64,000 nt of DNA from a virus (lineage: Duplodnaviria; Heunggongvirae; Uroviricota; Caudoviricetes), in the IMG/VR virus record IMGVR_UViG_2537561979_000003; one strand, 5' to 3'. The position numbers and the translations under genes were made by a program. Each line of letters begins with the position of its first letter. The stretch's first letter is position 1. The notes under the pieces were generated by a model. The model was given only the letters and a program-made list of their open reading frames with translations. It was not told the origin of the DNA and ran no database searches. Below, one piece after another: positions 10,207 through 23,743 of this stretch.

Positions 10207-10504
10207 AATCGCAGCGCCATTAGGTGGAGATGCCATTATCGAATTTGATGATAATGAAGAAGTTTCCGGGCGTTTAAGCATTATCTCCGGTGACATTACC
10301 GAGGACATGATCGCTGAAGCCATAGCTGGGGCAAATCCCAATAGCTATATGGGATTCGTTAACACCCTTGATGCTCCCGCAAGTGATGTTCTCCGAACGC
10401 TGCATCTTTACGCTGGCTGGTTTGTTGATTGGCCAGCAGTAGATGGTGGCGATGAGGACGACGACGATGATTTTGGTGATCATGTAGACCAGATCGTATA
10501 TTGA
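10196..10504 (+). CDS. hypothetical acidic protein (C-terminal DEDDDDDFGD)
   Basis: 102-aa ORF overlapping the end of the 995-aa gene; followed by a terminator. Confidence 0.4.
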   Translation: MQIKIAAPLGGDAIIEFDDNEEVSGRLSIISGDITEDMIAEAIAGANPNSYMGFVNTLDAPASDVLRTLHLYAGWFVDWPAVDGGDEDDDDDFGDHVDQIVY

Positions 10505-10507
10505 AGA

Positions 10508-10536
10508 AATCCCGCCACTCGGCGGGATTTTTTTTA
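10508..10536. terminator. rho-independent terminator (bidirectional candidate)
   Basis: aatcccgcc-actc-ggcgggatt hairpin followed by a T7 run; an A-run precedes it, giving the same architecture on the other strand. Confidence 0.55.
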
Positions 10537-11316
10537 ATCGCTTTCCACTTCTTCCGTGGTGTTTTCTTGCAGTTCTGTTAATGCAGCACGACATAGGTTC
10601 CGGGCATTGGCTATAGCCACACTTTTGACTTCATCCGTCATCGTGCAGGTAATGTACTGATCGAGTTCTTCAGCGCGGATGATGCTTTTGCCAATCAGAA
10701 ACTGTATTTGCCAGAGCAGATCGGCATCCATAATCAGAATTTCTGCCGGGCCTTCAGGGCCAGCCGGGAAGGAAACATAAGACTGTTTGCCCAGGCCGAC
10801 AACTCGACAACTTGCTTCAAGAATTGCGCGCTTGAGGTCTGACTTTATAACGGAAACAGGTTGATTTTCACCAGTGATTACGCCGTTGACATGGAAAGGC
10901 ATGTAGCTTGAAATACGCTCCACTTTCCACACGCCAGCAAGCGATCCTTCATGCAGCACAATGGGGGTAACCGCGAGTTTCATCTCACCATATAGCTGCT
11001 GGCAGATAGCTGGATTGCTGAATACATCTAAAGGCTCACATTCAAACAGCGGCGCAATCTGCATGAGGTCCATCATGGTCATCCCTGGGGTACGAGCAGT
11101 AATGAATCTGCGCATACCAGTATCCATTGCGCTCCAGATTGCTACACCATGCTTTTTGCTCACTTCTTCAGTAAAGCCAAGGTGGCACATGATGGTTTTT
11201 TCGATAGCCAGATCAGAGATCGAAACCTTTTCGCCAGGCACACCATCATTATTGATGGTCACTTCGACACTCTGACCATTACGCAGGCGGTATTGAATTG
11301 CTTTAGTATTTTCCAC
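10534..11316 (-). CDS. hypothetical protein
   Basis: 260-aa ORF, no recognisable motif. Confidence 0.5.
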   Translation of the reverse strand: MENTKAIQYRLRNGQSVEVTINNDGVPGEKVSISDLAIEKTIMCHLGFTEEVSKKHGVAIWSAMDTGMRRFITARTPGMTMMDLMQIAPLFECEPLDVFSNPAICQQLYGEMKLAVTPIVLHEGSLAGVWKVERISSYMPFHVNGVITGENQPVSVIKSDLKRAILEASCRVVGLGKQSYVSFPAGPEGPAEILIMDADLLWQIQFLIGKSIIRAEELDQYITCTMTDEVKSVAIANARNLCRAALTELQENTTEEVESD

Positions 11317-11322
11317 GTTAAA

Positions 11323-12000
11323 TCACTCCACTACAAACCAGTCACATGCCAGTAAGTCGCCTACAGAAGGAACCCACGGAACAACTACACCTTGTGCATT
11401 TTTTAAGGCGAAATAAGCACCATACGGAACGAGGTCGCCGGGGAAATATCCCTTAATGGCTTCCATTCGTGCCGGGTACTGTCCTTCAGGAACCAGCCAG
11501 CAGAATTGGTTTTCGCCGTTCCACCCGCGTCGAGCAACTTTCTTGCCATCCTTCAGCCACATCAGCGCGTCAGAAAAGTCGGCTGCTTCAAGGTCGATTT
11601 CTTCTTGTGTGGTAATGATGCCACTGGCAGCAATAGTTACGTCCCTGGCTGTAATGAATGTCACCCCATTGTGACCTTCAATACTGAGCGATACCCCATT
11701 TTCGAAGAAGTCGTTAGTCCGACTAAAGCCTTCTTCAAATGTTTTTTCTGGTGAATAGGACAGAGATCCGTCCTCATAAGCGACCAGATATCCGCCAATT
11801 TCTGGTCGGTGTTTTTGCAAAAACATTTTATCAACATGGACTTTTACCCCTTCTGGCTCAACGACTTCGATGTTGCAAAAAAGGACCACATCCATTAGGG
11901 CGATAATTTCGATATCTTTGATTTTTGAGGCGCGAACTGTTTTATGGCTTTTGTATTTTGGAAGTGCCGTCAAAAGCTCTTTCGTTGTCATGTTATTCAT
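11323..12000 (-). CDS. hypothetical protein; start moved to the internal ATG
   Basis: AGAGGA SD 6 nt upstream of the ATG for MNNMTTKELL; the longer track ORF lacks an SD. Confidence 0.5.
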   Translation of the reverse strand: MNNMTTKELLTALPKYKSHKTVRASKIKDIEIIALMDVVLFCNIEVVEPEGVKVHVDKMFLQKHRPEIGGYLVAYEDGSLSYSPEKTFEEGFSRTNDFFENGVSLSIEGHNGVTFITARDVTIAASGIITTQEEIDLEAADFSDALMWLKDGKKVARRGWNGENQFCWLVPEGQYPARMEAIKGYFPGDLVPYGAYFALKNAQGVVVPWVPSVGDLLACDWFVVE

Positions 12001-12197
12001 AGTCTTTCCTCTGCTTAAAACCTGATGTATTGCGCCTTCAGGTGGGGCAGGAATGTTTTCCCACCAGCGAAAGCAATATCTCGGGGTGTTCTTTTCGTGA
12101 AAAGCGCGTGCCATTGCCAACTTTGGCGTTTGTTTGCGAGTTCGTGCTTTTGTCGGCGTCTGGACCACCGCTTTTCTTTCAGTCGTTTTTTACACAT

Positions 12198-12686
12198 TCA
12201 AAACGGAATATCGTCGTCAAAGTCCATTGGAGGTTCGTTATTGGCGTTGCTCTGAGGTTTACCGCCACCACTGTATTGCTGGTGGTTTTGAGGTTGGTTT
12301 GATTGCCCCCAGCCATTTGAGGACTGTGAATCGTCACGGCGAGCGCCGATCATTTGCATGGTGCCGCCCTGGCTGACGATAATTTCCGTCGTGTAACGTT
12401 CTACACCGGCGTCATCTGTCCACTTACGGGTTTTAAGTTTCCCTTCGATGTAGACCTGAGAACCTTTTCGTAAATACTCACTCGCAATTTCAGCAAGTTT
12501 TCCGAACAAAACGACTTTATGCCATTCTGTTTGCTCTTTCTGTTGGCCCGTTTGCTTGTCCCGCCATGATTCATTCGTTGCGATGCTGAGTCTTCCGACC
12601 GCGCCGCCATTTGGTATATACCTGATCTCCGGGTCTTGCCCCAGGGTACCAATCAGGATGACTTTGTTTACACCGCGTTGTGCCAC
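12198..12686 (-). CDS. ssb: single-stranded DNA-binding protein
   Basis: [68 protein letters not shown]... OB fold; Gly/Gln-rich tail ending DDDIPF. Confidence 0.93.
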   Translation of the reverse strand: MAQRGVNKVILIGTLGQDPEIRYIPNGGAVGRLSIATNESWRDKQTGQQKEQTEWHKVVLFGKLAEIASEYLRKGSQVYIEGKLKTRKWTDDAGVERYTTEIIVSQGGTMQMIGARRDDSQSSNGWGQSNQPQNHQQYSGGGKPQSNANNEPPMDFDDDIPF

Positions 12687-12705
12687 TTATCTTACCTAAT
12701 AAAAT

Positions 12706-12722
12706 AAATAAATTAGAGCAAT
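12706..12722 (-). promoter_or_regulatory. C1 operator-like site upstream of ssb
   Basis: Minus strand reads ATTGCTCTAATTTATTT, 14/17 to the consensus ATTGCTCTAATAAATTT. Confidence 0.55.
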
Positions 12723-12855
12723 AATGTATATCTTTGAAACGTAGCTAACAAGTGATTTGCATTATCCTGTGCCTTCTAAAGGGATCGAGTCAGTCGGTAT
12801 TGGCTGTGAATGGGTGTTTGTCCTGGAGCGTAAAAAATTCGCTTATGAGGTCTTT

Positions 12856-13413
12856 ATGAAGGGAAAAACAGCCGCAGGAGGCGGTGCAATTTGCGCTATC
12901 GCGGTGATGATTACCATCGTGATGGGTAATGGCAATGTGCGAACCAACCAGGCGGGGCTTGAGCTTATCGGAAACGCTGAAGGTTGCCGACGTGATCCAT
13001 ACAAGTGCCCGGCGGGTGTATGGACTGACGGGATTGGTAATACACACGGGGTAACGCCTGGCGTGCGAAAAACCGACCAACAAATCGCCGCTGATTGGGA
13101 AAAGAATATCCTGATCGCTGAACGCTGTATTAACCAGCACTTCCGGGGCAAAGACATGCCCGATAATGCCTTCAGCGCAATGACAAGCGCGGCATTCAAT
13201 ATGGGATGCAATAGTTTACGGACCTACTACAGCAAAGCGCGAGGCATGCGAGTCGAAACGTCCATCCACAAGTGGGCGCAGAAAGGGGAATGGGTGAATA
13301 TGTGTAACCATCTCCCTGATTTCGTGAACAGTAACGGCGTCCCCCTGCCCGGGTTAAAGATTCGCCGTGAAGAAGAACGCCAGCTTTGCCTGACGGGGCT
13401 TGTCAATGAATAA
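12856..13413 (+). CDS. lyz: SAR endolysin (T4-lysozyme-like), 185 aa
   Basis: MKGKTAAGGGAICAIAVMITIVMGNGNVRTNQAGLELIGNAEGCRRDPYKCPAGVWTDGIGNTHGV: N-terminal signal-anchor-release segment then lysozyme catalytic region; the track ORF is extended upstream. Confidence 0.85.
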   Translation: MKGKTAAGGGAICAIAVMITIVMGNGNVRTNQAGLELIGNAEGCRRDPYKCPAGVWTDGIGNTHGVTPGVRKTDQQIAADWEKNILIAERCINQHFRGKDMPDNAFSAMTSAAFNMGCNSLRTYYSKARGMRVETSIHKWAQKGEWVNMCNHLPDFVNSNGVPLPGLKIRREEERQLCLTGLVNE

Positions 13414-13660
13414 ACTCCGGCAGCTCCGCCGACTTTCGACAATGAAGTTATCGCTGGCGGCGATAGTTTTCGACTCGATTTTCATGGCGGTATATGTGCT
13501 CAATGAGACGTGGCCACTGGAACCGCTATTATATGCCGGGCTTCGGCTGTGCCTGACATTTTTGAGCATGGCTGCAAGATTGATGCAGCAGAAAGAAACC
13601 GCTTCAGATTGCCCACGTCGCGCGGTGCGCAAATATATGGCACGCAGACGAAGGCGATAA
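13400..13660 (+). CDS. hypothetical small membrane protein with basic C-terminus
   Basis: 86-aa ORF overlapping the lyz stop; hydrophobic core; function not assigned. Confidence 0.3.
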   Translation: MSMNKLRQLRRLSTMKLSLAAIVFDSIFMAVYVLNETWPLEPLLYAGLRLCLTFLSMAARLMQQKETASDCPRRAVRKYMARRRRR

Positions 13661-13671
13661 TAGTTAACGAG

Positions 13672-13699
13672 AACCCCGGCAGCCGCCGGGGTTATTTTT
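13672..13699 (+). terminator. rho-independent terminator
   Basis: ccccggc-agcc-gccgggg hairpin followed by TTATTTTT. Confidence 0.5.
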
Positions 13700-13704
13700 G
13701 GTGG

Positions 13705-16435
<2,731 letters not shown>

Positions 16436-16501
16436 TTAATTAGAATAATTCACATCGTGTTTGAACGGAATTTAACACTAGTCACTTGTTAAGGATTACC
16501 A

Positions 16502-19500
16502 ATGAACAAGCTATCTATGGGGGTGTTTCGCTGTTCAAGTGTCAGCGAAATATTGAAATACATTAGGGCAATAACATCTCACCGAGCGCCGATTAAATAC
16601 GGCGTGGAAAAGGTGGAAGGCAAAAGCTATGACCGACTGCGCCGGGAGGCGAATCAGAAGGCGATAGATTTGCTTAATTCGCTGGTGGACGGCGCGACAC
16701 TGACAGATGAACAGCGCCAGATCCTGGCTGGGTACACCGGTGAAGGCGGCATTGGCGGGTCCGTCTCCGAATATTACACACCAAAGCCGATCGCTGAAGG
16801 TGTCTGGGAGATCATGAAGCTCTACGGCGCGGACGTAGGTAACACTCTGGAACCATCGGCGGGCACCGGCGTTTTTAATGAGACAAAACCGGTTGGTACG
16901 GTGATGACCGCGACTGAGATCAGCAGTGTTTCCGGTCGTATAAACCAGCTGTTGCACCCGGAAGACAGCGTACAGATTTCTCCGTTCGAACAACTGGCTG
17001 TAAGCACGCCTAACGATTCATTCGACCATGTTGTGGGTAACGTTCCGTTCGGTGGTCGTGATAACACACGCAACATCGATAAGCCTTACGCAGAAGAAAC
17101 GGACATGGGTTCTTACTTCATGCTCCGCATGCTGGACAAGATAAAGCCAGGCGGATTCATGTGCGTGATTGTGCCGCCGTCCATTGTTTCAGGTTCAAAC
17201 ATGAAGCGGTTACGCCTGCGCCTATCACGGAAAGCTGAATTTCTTGGTGCTCACCGCTTGCCTACCGGTACTTTTGACGCAAACGGGACCAGTACAGTCG
17301 TTGATGTGGTGCTGATGCGCAAACATCCGGCAGAGATGGCTGAGAAAATCCCCCTGGTGGATGAAAGCACTCTTGAATCGGCAAATGTGCTTTGGCCAAC
17401 GTTTATTTCTGGCAAGTGGTTTGAAAAGGACGGTCGCCGGTTTGTTCATGGCACCCAGGAGAAGGGATTCCAGGGGCGTATTGAGGTTCGTGCCGACGGG
17501 CAGATTGATAACCAGGCTCTTAAAGCGAAGCTGATTCATCGTTTCGAAAGTCGTATCGACTGGTCTTTGCTCAATATGGCTGAACCGTCACCGACCGCAG
17601 ACGTTGTTGATGAAGGGGAAATGCGCCTGATTAATGGCGTATGGCAAAAATATGCTGGTGGTCGCTGGATTGAATCTGATGCAGGGAAGGAGCTGAAGAT
17701 TGATGTTGCCAGTTATGGCGCGGACAGCTGGGAGGCTCTTCAGCGTAACCTGACTACAACAGAAGGCCGTCTCGGTATGACATTTACCCAGATGGCAAAT
17801 GTCCGCGATAAGTACACCACATCAATCAGCGACGATATGGTGCAGCTGGTGGACTGGATTAACAGCCAGCCTGAAAAATACCGTGAACGCTTGTATCGCG
17901 GGGCGATGATTGGCCGGATGTTAATTGAATATCAGGACATGAAGGCCGCCGGGCATAGTGCTGAACAAATCGAACAGCAGCGCCTTTCTCTGGTATCCCG
18001 TTTGCAGGCAGAGATTGACCGTTTTGGTAACCCCGGTCGCGGTCCGATAGCGAAATTATCGGGGAGCGGTGCGCGCGCCTGGTTTGCTTTCCGTGGTGCA
18101 ATTAAGCTGGATGGCACTATTTCTGACGAGCTGACAGGAAAACTGGTTACGCATGATTCCAGCGCCAGTTATGACTCCACCAGCTATCAGGACACCCTGC
18201 GTTATCTCTACAGTGATCTCACTCGCGATCCAATCCAGCTCGATGATTTCCGCCTTGCGTTTACCGGCGAACTGCCAGCCAGTGATGACGAGTTGCTTAA
18301 TTTATTGGCCAGCACCCCTGGCATTGCGGTTTCACCGTATGGCGGGATTGTTCCGTTCGCCCGCGCCACCAGCGGCGACATTAACGAGATAGTGGCACCA
18401 AAACAGGAATTCCTTGCCACACTCCCCGACGGTCCAGTAAAGAACAACGTCCTTAATCAGCTGGCAGCGATCGAAGAGAAGCGCATCAAGACGCCAGCAG
18501 AGAATATCCGCTTTAAGCTCAATAGCCGTTGGTTCGACCGTTCCGTCATTCTGGAATTTTTGCAGGAAAACGGCTATCCGGATCTTCGCTATGTGCAGTC
18601 AGTGCAGCTGGAAGGCGACGAAATGGTTTCTGACACCTATCACGGTGGTGATGGTCTGTTCGTCGGGCACCGATACGGTGTCGTCCAGCGCAAGGATAAA
18701 GAAACAGGCGAGATCCGCTACGAGTGGGACCGTAAATCAGGTGAAAACGCGACCGGGTTCCCGGCACAGCTGGAAAAGTATCTCAATGGTGCGCGTATCG
18801 GTGGCAAAGATAGCGCGACGGCGAACGGCTACCGCGAGCAGATGGCACTGCTTGAGGACCAGTTCAATAAGTGGATCAAGACGCACGATCGCTACGATGA
18901 ACTGGTTGCCAAATACAACGATGTGTTCAATAGCAATATCCCGTATGAACACTCTGGCGATCCGCTTGGGTTGAAGGGATTAAGCGGTAAGCGCCAGCCA
19001 TTTGATTACCAGAATAGCGAAGTGCGCCGACTGTCCGAAGATGGGCGCGGCATCCTGGGCTTCGGCACCGGGCTGGGTAAAACTACGACCGCGCTGGCGC
19101 TTGAAGCGTTCAACTATGAGAACGGTCGCTCCACCCGTACTGCGTATGTAGTGCCTAAATCAGTGCTGGAAAACTGGTATTACGAAGCAAAAGAATTCCT
19201 GAGTGAAGAGGCATTCAGTAACTACCTGTTCGTCGGTCTTGATGTGCTGATGGATGGCGATCAGATTCGCCAGGTGCCGGTGCTCGATGAGAACGGTAAA
19301 CCTGTCGTTGGTGCAGATGGCACTCCCGTTATGCGCGATGCCCTTAAGCTGGCAGATGAAGCCACTATCACGGCGCGGATGAACGCGATCCCGCACTCAA
19401 ATTACCGTGCAGTCGTGTTTACCAAAGAACAATACGCCCGCATTCCGCTACGTGATGACACCGTAGATGAGCATGCACAGGATATGCTTTATGACTTCGT

Positions 19501-22500
19501 TGCCGCCGGGCGCGTAGCCAGCGCAATGGACTCCGACTCCCACCGCAAAGAGGCCGCGCGTCGCCGGGTATTGTCGGAGTATTCAGATACCGGCACCGAA
19601 AAAGCAGAGAAGTATCCGTACTTTGAGGATATGGGCTTCGATAGTGTGATCGCTGACGAAGGTCACAACTACCGCAATAGCTATAAAAATGGTCGCGAAG
19701 CGTCACAACTGGCCTATCTGCCCACCAGCGCGGTGGCGCAATCGGCGCGGGATATGGCAATTAAAAACGCGTACCTGATGAAAAAGAATGGTGGGCGCGG
19801 ACCGGTTCTCCTGACTGCAACGCCAGTCGTTAACACCCCGATCGATGCATACAACATGCTTTCTCATGTGCTGCCGAAGGAATACTGGCAGAAGATGGGG
19901 ATCTACGGTCCTGATGACTTCGTTAAATTCTTCGGCAAGACCAGGCTGGAAACGGTACAGAAAATCAGCGGTGAAGTTGAAGAAAAAATGGCGCTGGTGG
20001 GCTTTGAAAACCTTGATGCGCTGCGCGGCATATTCCATCGCTGGACAACGCTTAAAACGGCGGAAGACGTTAAGGATACCGTGGAGATCCCGGAACTGGA
20101 CGAGCACCAGCAGGATGCACCACTTACTGAAGAACAACTGGCGGCGTATGAAGAATTACGTCAGCAGGCGGAAGCGGCAGCAAAAGCCAACAATGGCGTA
20201 ACGACCTCGGTCAATGAAGACGGCGTGATTGAGCACGAGAAAGCCCGTCCGATCTTCTCAATAATCAGGGATATGGACCGCGTATGTACTGACATGGACC
20301 TGTACTATCGCCGGATCACCTATCGTTTCCTGCCGGAGTACGCCGATGCGGTGCAGCAGCTGGCGGACAGTTTTCCTAAACAAGCCACCAGCGAAGACGA
20401 CGACAGTGATGATTCAATCACGCAGCAATCGCAATACTCCCTGATAGATAAGGGCGAGTTTATTCAGTTGCAGGTTCCGGAAGCGTTCGAGCAGGAAGTG
20501 AATAAGCGCCTGGCCAGGTTTGGCATTGACGAACAGACCGTAACTCACCCCGTTACGCCGAAATACGCGAAGCTGATCGCCACGCTGAAGGAGTTTTTCC
20601 CGGAAGGGAAGCAAATCATCTTCACCGACGAAAAAACGCAGCACCAGAAGCTCAAACGCATTATCTGCAATGCTCTTAACCTTGAACCTTCAAAGGTAGG
20701 GATCCTGAATGCTCAGACGGTTGCCGAGGCAGGTAAAACCGGTAAGAAACTGAAAGCGGTTAAACCGCCGAAAGAGTTACCGGATGAACCAACAGATGCA
20801 CAGATAGCGAAATACAACGAGCAAATGGCTCTGTATGACGCCTATATCGCGCAGCAAAATGAAATGTCGCTGGGTGGGCTGGAAAAGATTGCTGCCGACT
20901 TCCAGGAGGGCCGGACTCCGATCATCATCTGCAACAAAAAGGCAGAGGTGGGTATCAACCTGCATCGAGGAACGACTGACATCCATCATCTGACGTTGCC
21001 ATGGACACCAGCCAGTATCGCACAGCGTAACGGTCGCGGTGCCCGAGTTGGTTCCAACCGTGCAAGCGTTCGCGTTCACTACTACTGCGGCAAGGGTTCT
21101 TTCGATGAATACCGACTGAAGACGCTGAAGCGTAAAGCAGGCTGGATCTCCGATATCCTCCGTTCAGATAAGTCAGAAATGGAGAACGCCGACGCCAACG
21201 ATATGATCGAAATGCAGATGTATACCGCTAAGGATGATGGCGAACGTCTGGCAATGATGCAGGTTCAAATGGATAAGGCGAAAGCCGCGCAACGCGCTCG
21301 CCAGAAAGAACAGGCTACTATCGACCTTCAGAACTACATCAAGGCGCAGCACGCAGCTGGCGAGGATGTGGAGGTACTTACCGCTGAATTAGAGCGAAGC
21401 AAAGCGGAACTTGAAAAGACCACCGCCGACGTCGCCAAATTCAAACAGGCGGTAATGGCCAAAGCAGCTGATAACGCAGACTGGAAAGCCCGCTGGGGTA
21501 GCGTCCATCACACAGACCGTACGTTGTTAGCACAGTATCGCGCGTCGTTGAAAAGCGCCATTCAGCGCAAGGCTAATATCTCTCAAGCCATCTCCCGCTA
21601 TGAGAAATTATTGAACCGTACTCAGAAGGCCGCGACGGATATCAAACGCCTGCGCCCGCTGGTGGAGGATGCAATAAATAAAGGCATTCTGGATGTTGAT
21701 CCTGATCTGGTTAACCATGCGAATGAGTTCCTTGTTATCGGCGATCGCTCATGGCGTGTAGGCCAATACTACGATTGTGCCGGTGATATCGTTCGCATTA
21801 AGTCGCTGGACTTCGACAGCCAGCGCGCAGACGTGGAGATCATCTTTACCTTCAAAGGCACCAAATCGGGTAACTGGGATGTGAAGACGCTGGATAAACA
21901 GGTTGATGTAACTCCCGATGAAGATGCTGTTATGCAGAAAATCAGTGGTGGCGTCTCCATCGCCGGGATTAACGACATCATTTCCTGTGACGATTTCTAC
22001 CGTTTCCAGCAGCGCGGCATGATCAAAATAACTGACTCGTACGGCGTTCAGACTACAGAGTCAGGCTATAGCATTGATTTTGTTGGTACCTATACGGACC
22101 CACTGAAGCATGCGGTTTACCCGGATCGCCGTGACGGCGCGCTGAAGTCGTCAATTGCAAAATGGGTGCTTGGTATGATGTCGGAAGGGAATAACCGCCA
22201 GATCCGTTCGGCAGAAACATTCCTGGTTGAATTGTTTGGCTCCAATTATGGCGATGTAATCGCGTCATACGGAGATACGCTATCCCCTGAAGCAATTCAG
22301 GAGAAAATAGCGGATGCGATCGCCAGAATGCCGGAGAAAACAAGCCAGGGGGCTACTCGTAACGGGGATTCTGAACTTGAGGTCACCAATGCCATTTTCG
22401 GTACCCATGAGTTCCGGGCGTCAGATTATGAGATCACCACAGCACAGTTTGGCACCATTGGCATTTACAGCAATAAAGACGAGATCAAGCAGGCAATGGA

Positions 22501-23269
22501 CGCTGCAAGCGCGCGTATTGCAGCAGAACGGAAAGCCAATCTGAATCATGCAGTCGCCGCGCTGACTCAATCGTGGGTAACAGCAATCAGGGAGGCCGCC
22601 ACCACAGGGAAAATCACACCTGCAATAGCGGATGTCGTAAACAACGGCTCTAAATTTATGGATGCCTATCAAATGGATGCGGTGAAGTTGCCATCAGCCT
22701 ATGGTCAACTCAGCTATCGCATGACCTACAACCTGGTATCAATGTTTTCCGACCTTGCCATCCTTGGGCTGGTGGATCTTAACGAGGTTACGCCGGAATT
22801 GCTCAGCATGCGCAAGAATCATGTGGAGATATTGCAGAGAATTAACACGGTTCTTGCCGGGCGCACCGATGAAGAGAAACAGGCCGACGCTGATCGGATA
22901 AACCTAACCCTTGGCAACATCACGGAGGAAGAGATTGCCGCCAGAAACGAGAAACAAGAAGAGTTATCATCAATACAGGGTGATGCCACCAGCATAGCTC
23001 AGTCTCTTGGTCTGAATTATCGCGTATCCACCGCCGACCTGAAGATGATGTACGCACCAAAATTCGCCGCTGGCGAGGTATTTGGGCTTCAGGAAGCCTC
23101 AGGCATGAAAGGCGTTCTTTTCCGTGCGAAAGACGCAATCAAGGCGAAATTCGGCGCTCGCTGGCTGCCAGCGAAGGCGAAGAACAGCGATTTCCCGGGT
23201 AACTGGTGGATTATCGAGACAAAACACAACGTGGCGGACGTTCTGGCCGTCATCCAACAATACGCATAA
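16502..23269 (+). CDS. darB: DarB antirestriction protein: N6-adenine methyltransferase fused to a superfamily-2 helicase, 2255 aa
   Basis: MTase motif VVGNVPFGG (NPPF-like); helicase Walker A GFGTGLGKTT and DEAH-type VIADEGHNYRN; size matches P1 DarB. Confidence 0.85.
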   Translation: MNKLSMGVFRCSSVSEILKYIRAITSHRAPIKYGVEKVEGKSYDRLRREANQKAIDLLNSLVDGATLTDEQRQILAGYTGEGGIGGSVSEYYTPKPIAEGVWEIMKLYGADVGNTLEPSAGTGVFNETKPVGTVMTATEISSVSGRINQLLHPEDSVQISPFEQLAVSTPNDSFDHVVGNVPFGGRDNTRNIDKPYAEETDMGSYFMLRMLDKIKPGGFMCVIVPPSIVSGSNMKRLRLRLSRKAEFLGAHRLPTGTFDANGTSTVVDVVLMRKHPAEMAEKIPLVDESTLESANVLWPTFISGKWFEKDGRRFVHGTQEKGFQGRIEVRADGQIDNQALKAKLIHRFESRIDWSLLNMAEPSPTADVVDEGEMRLINGVWQKYAGGRWIESDAGKELKIDVASYGADSWEALQRNLTTTEGRLGMTFTQMANVRDKYTTSISDDMVQLVDWINSQPEKYRERLYRGAMIGRMLIEYQDMKAAGHSAEQIEQQRLSLVSRLQAEIDRFGNPGRGPIAKLSGSGARAWFAFRGAIKLDGTISDELTGKLVTHDSSASYDSTSYQDTLRYLYSDLTRDPIQLDDFRLAFTGELPASDDELLNLLASTPGIAVSPYGGIVPFARATSGDINEIVAPKQEFLATLPDGPVKNNVLNQLAAIEEKRIKTPAENIRFKLNSRWFDRSVILEFLQENGYPDLRYVQSVQLEGDEMVSDTYHGGDGLFVGHRYGVVQRKDKETGEIRYEWDRKSGENATGFPAQLEKYLNGARIGGKDSATANGYREQMALLEDQFNKWIKTHDRYDELVAKYNDVFNSNIPYEHSGDPLGLKGLSGKRQPFDYQNSEVRRLSEDGRGILGFGTGLGKTTTALALEAFNYENGRSTRTAYVVPKSVLENWYYEAKEFLSEEAFSNYLFVGLDVLMDGDQIRQVPVLDENGKPVVGADGTPVMRDALKLADEATITARMNAIPHSNYRAVVFTKEQYARIPLRDDTVDEHAQDMLYDFVAAGRVASAMDSDSHRKEAARRRVLSEYSDTGTEKAEKYPYFEDMGFDSVIADEGHNYRNSYKNGREASQLAYLPTSAVAQSARDMAIKNAYLMKKNGGRGPVLLTATPVVNTPIDAYNMLSHVLPKEYWQKMGIYGPDDFVKFFGKTRLETVQKISGEVEEKMALVGFENLDALRGIFHRWTTLKTAEDVKDTVEIPELDEHQQDAPLTEEQLAAYEELRQQAEAAAKANNGVTTSVNEDGVIEHEKARPIFSIIRDMDRVCTDMDLYYRRITYRFLPEYADAVQQLADSFPKQATSEDDDSDDSITQQSQYSLIDKGEFIQLQVPEAFEQEVNKRLARFGIDEQTVTHPVTPKYAKLIATLKEFFPEGKQIIFTDEKTQHQKLKRIICNALNLEPSKVGILNAQTVAEAGKTGKKLKAVKPPKELPDEPTDAQIAKYNEQMALYDAYIAQQNEMSLGGLEKIAADFQEGRTPIIICNKKAEVGINLHRGTTDIHHLTLPWTPASIAQRNGRGARVGSNRASVRVHYYCGKGSFDEYRLKTLKRKAGWISDILRSDKSEMENADANDMIEMQMYTAKDDGERLAMMQVQMDKAKAAQRARQKEQATIDLQNYIKAQHAAGEDVEVLTAELERSKAELEKTTADVAKFKQAVMAKAADNADWKARWGSVHHTDRTLLAQYRASLKSAIQRKANISQAISRYEKLLNRTQKAATDIKRLRPLVEDAINKGILDVDPDLVNHANEFLVIGDRSWRVGQYYDCAGDIVRIKSLDFDSQRADVEIIFTFKGTKSGNWDVKTLDKQVDVTPDEDAVMQKISGGVSIAGINDIISCDDFYRFQQRGMIKITDSYGVQTTESGYSIDFVGTYTDPLKHAVYPDRRDGALKSSIAKWVLGMMSEGNNRQIRSAETFLVELFGSNYGDVIASYGDTLSPEAIQEKIADAIARMPEKTSQGATRNGDSELEVTNAIFGTHEFRASDYEITTAQFGTIGIYSNKDEIKQAMDAASARIAAERKANLNHAVAALTQSWVTAIREAATTGKITPAIADVVNNGSKFMDAYQMDAVKLPSAYGQLSYRMTYNLVSMFSDLAILGLVDLNEVTPELLSMRKNHVEILQRINTVLAGRTDEEKQADADRINLTLGNITEEEIAARNEKQEELSSIQGDATSIAQSLGLNYRVSTADLKMMYAPKFAAGEVFGLQEASGMKGVLFRAKDAIKAKFGARWLPAKAKNSDFPGNWWIIETKHNVADVLAVIQQYA

Positions 23270-23302
23270 CAGGAGCGCCCGGTTCGCCGGGCGTCGCATA
23301 AT

Positions 23303-23743
23303 ATGGCCACACTATCTGATACAATAAAACCGAATAAAACATATCTTGAGGCGGTACTCCGTACAGCGTTGTTAGGAAAGACAGAAGACGAATACGTTGA
23401 TTTCTTCCTGTCAGGGCTACGCGGGCGATTACTGAAAAATCCCCGCCTGTACCGCAGCTATGGTCCATACTGGCCGGAAATTAAAAAATTATTACTGGAG
23501 CGCGGTTATGGTAATTTCGGTCGTCTCGTTGACCGTGACGTTCGCAAAATTTACCGTTATGACCGCCCGGCGCTAACACTCATAGCCGCGACGCTCTACA
23601 GCCAGGAGCGTTTTGATAATGGTCAGATATACTCAGCCTGGCATTTACTGCCAGTGCCTGAAGAAGTTGACGACCAGGACTATGAGTTTGAGTCTTACGA
23701 TTTGGAAGTTGAAGCCTTGGCACAGGCTGGAGAGAAAACTTGA
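23303..23743 (+). CDS. ulx: Ulx-like protein, by position
   Basis: 146-aa ORF between darB and the lxc-like ORF. Confidence 0.4.
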   Translation: MATLSDTIKPNKTYLEAVLRTALLGKTEDEYVDFFLSGLRGRLLKNPRLYRSYGPYWPEIKKLLLERGYGNFGRLVDRDVRKIYRYDRPALTLIAATLYSQERFDNGQIYSAWHLLPVPEEVDDQDYEFESYDLEVEALAQAGEKT

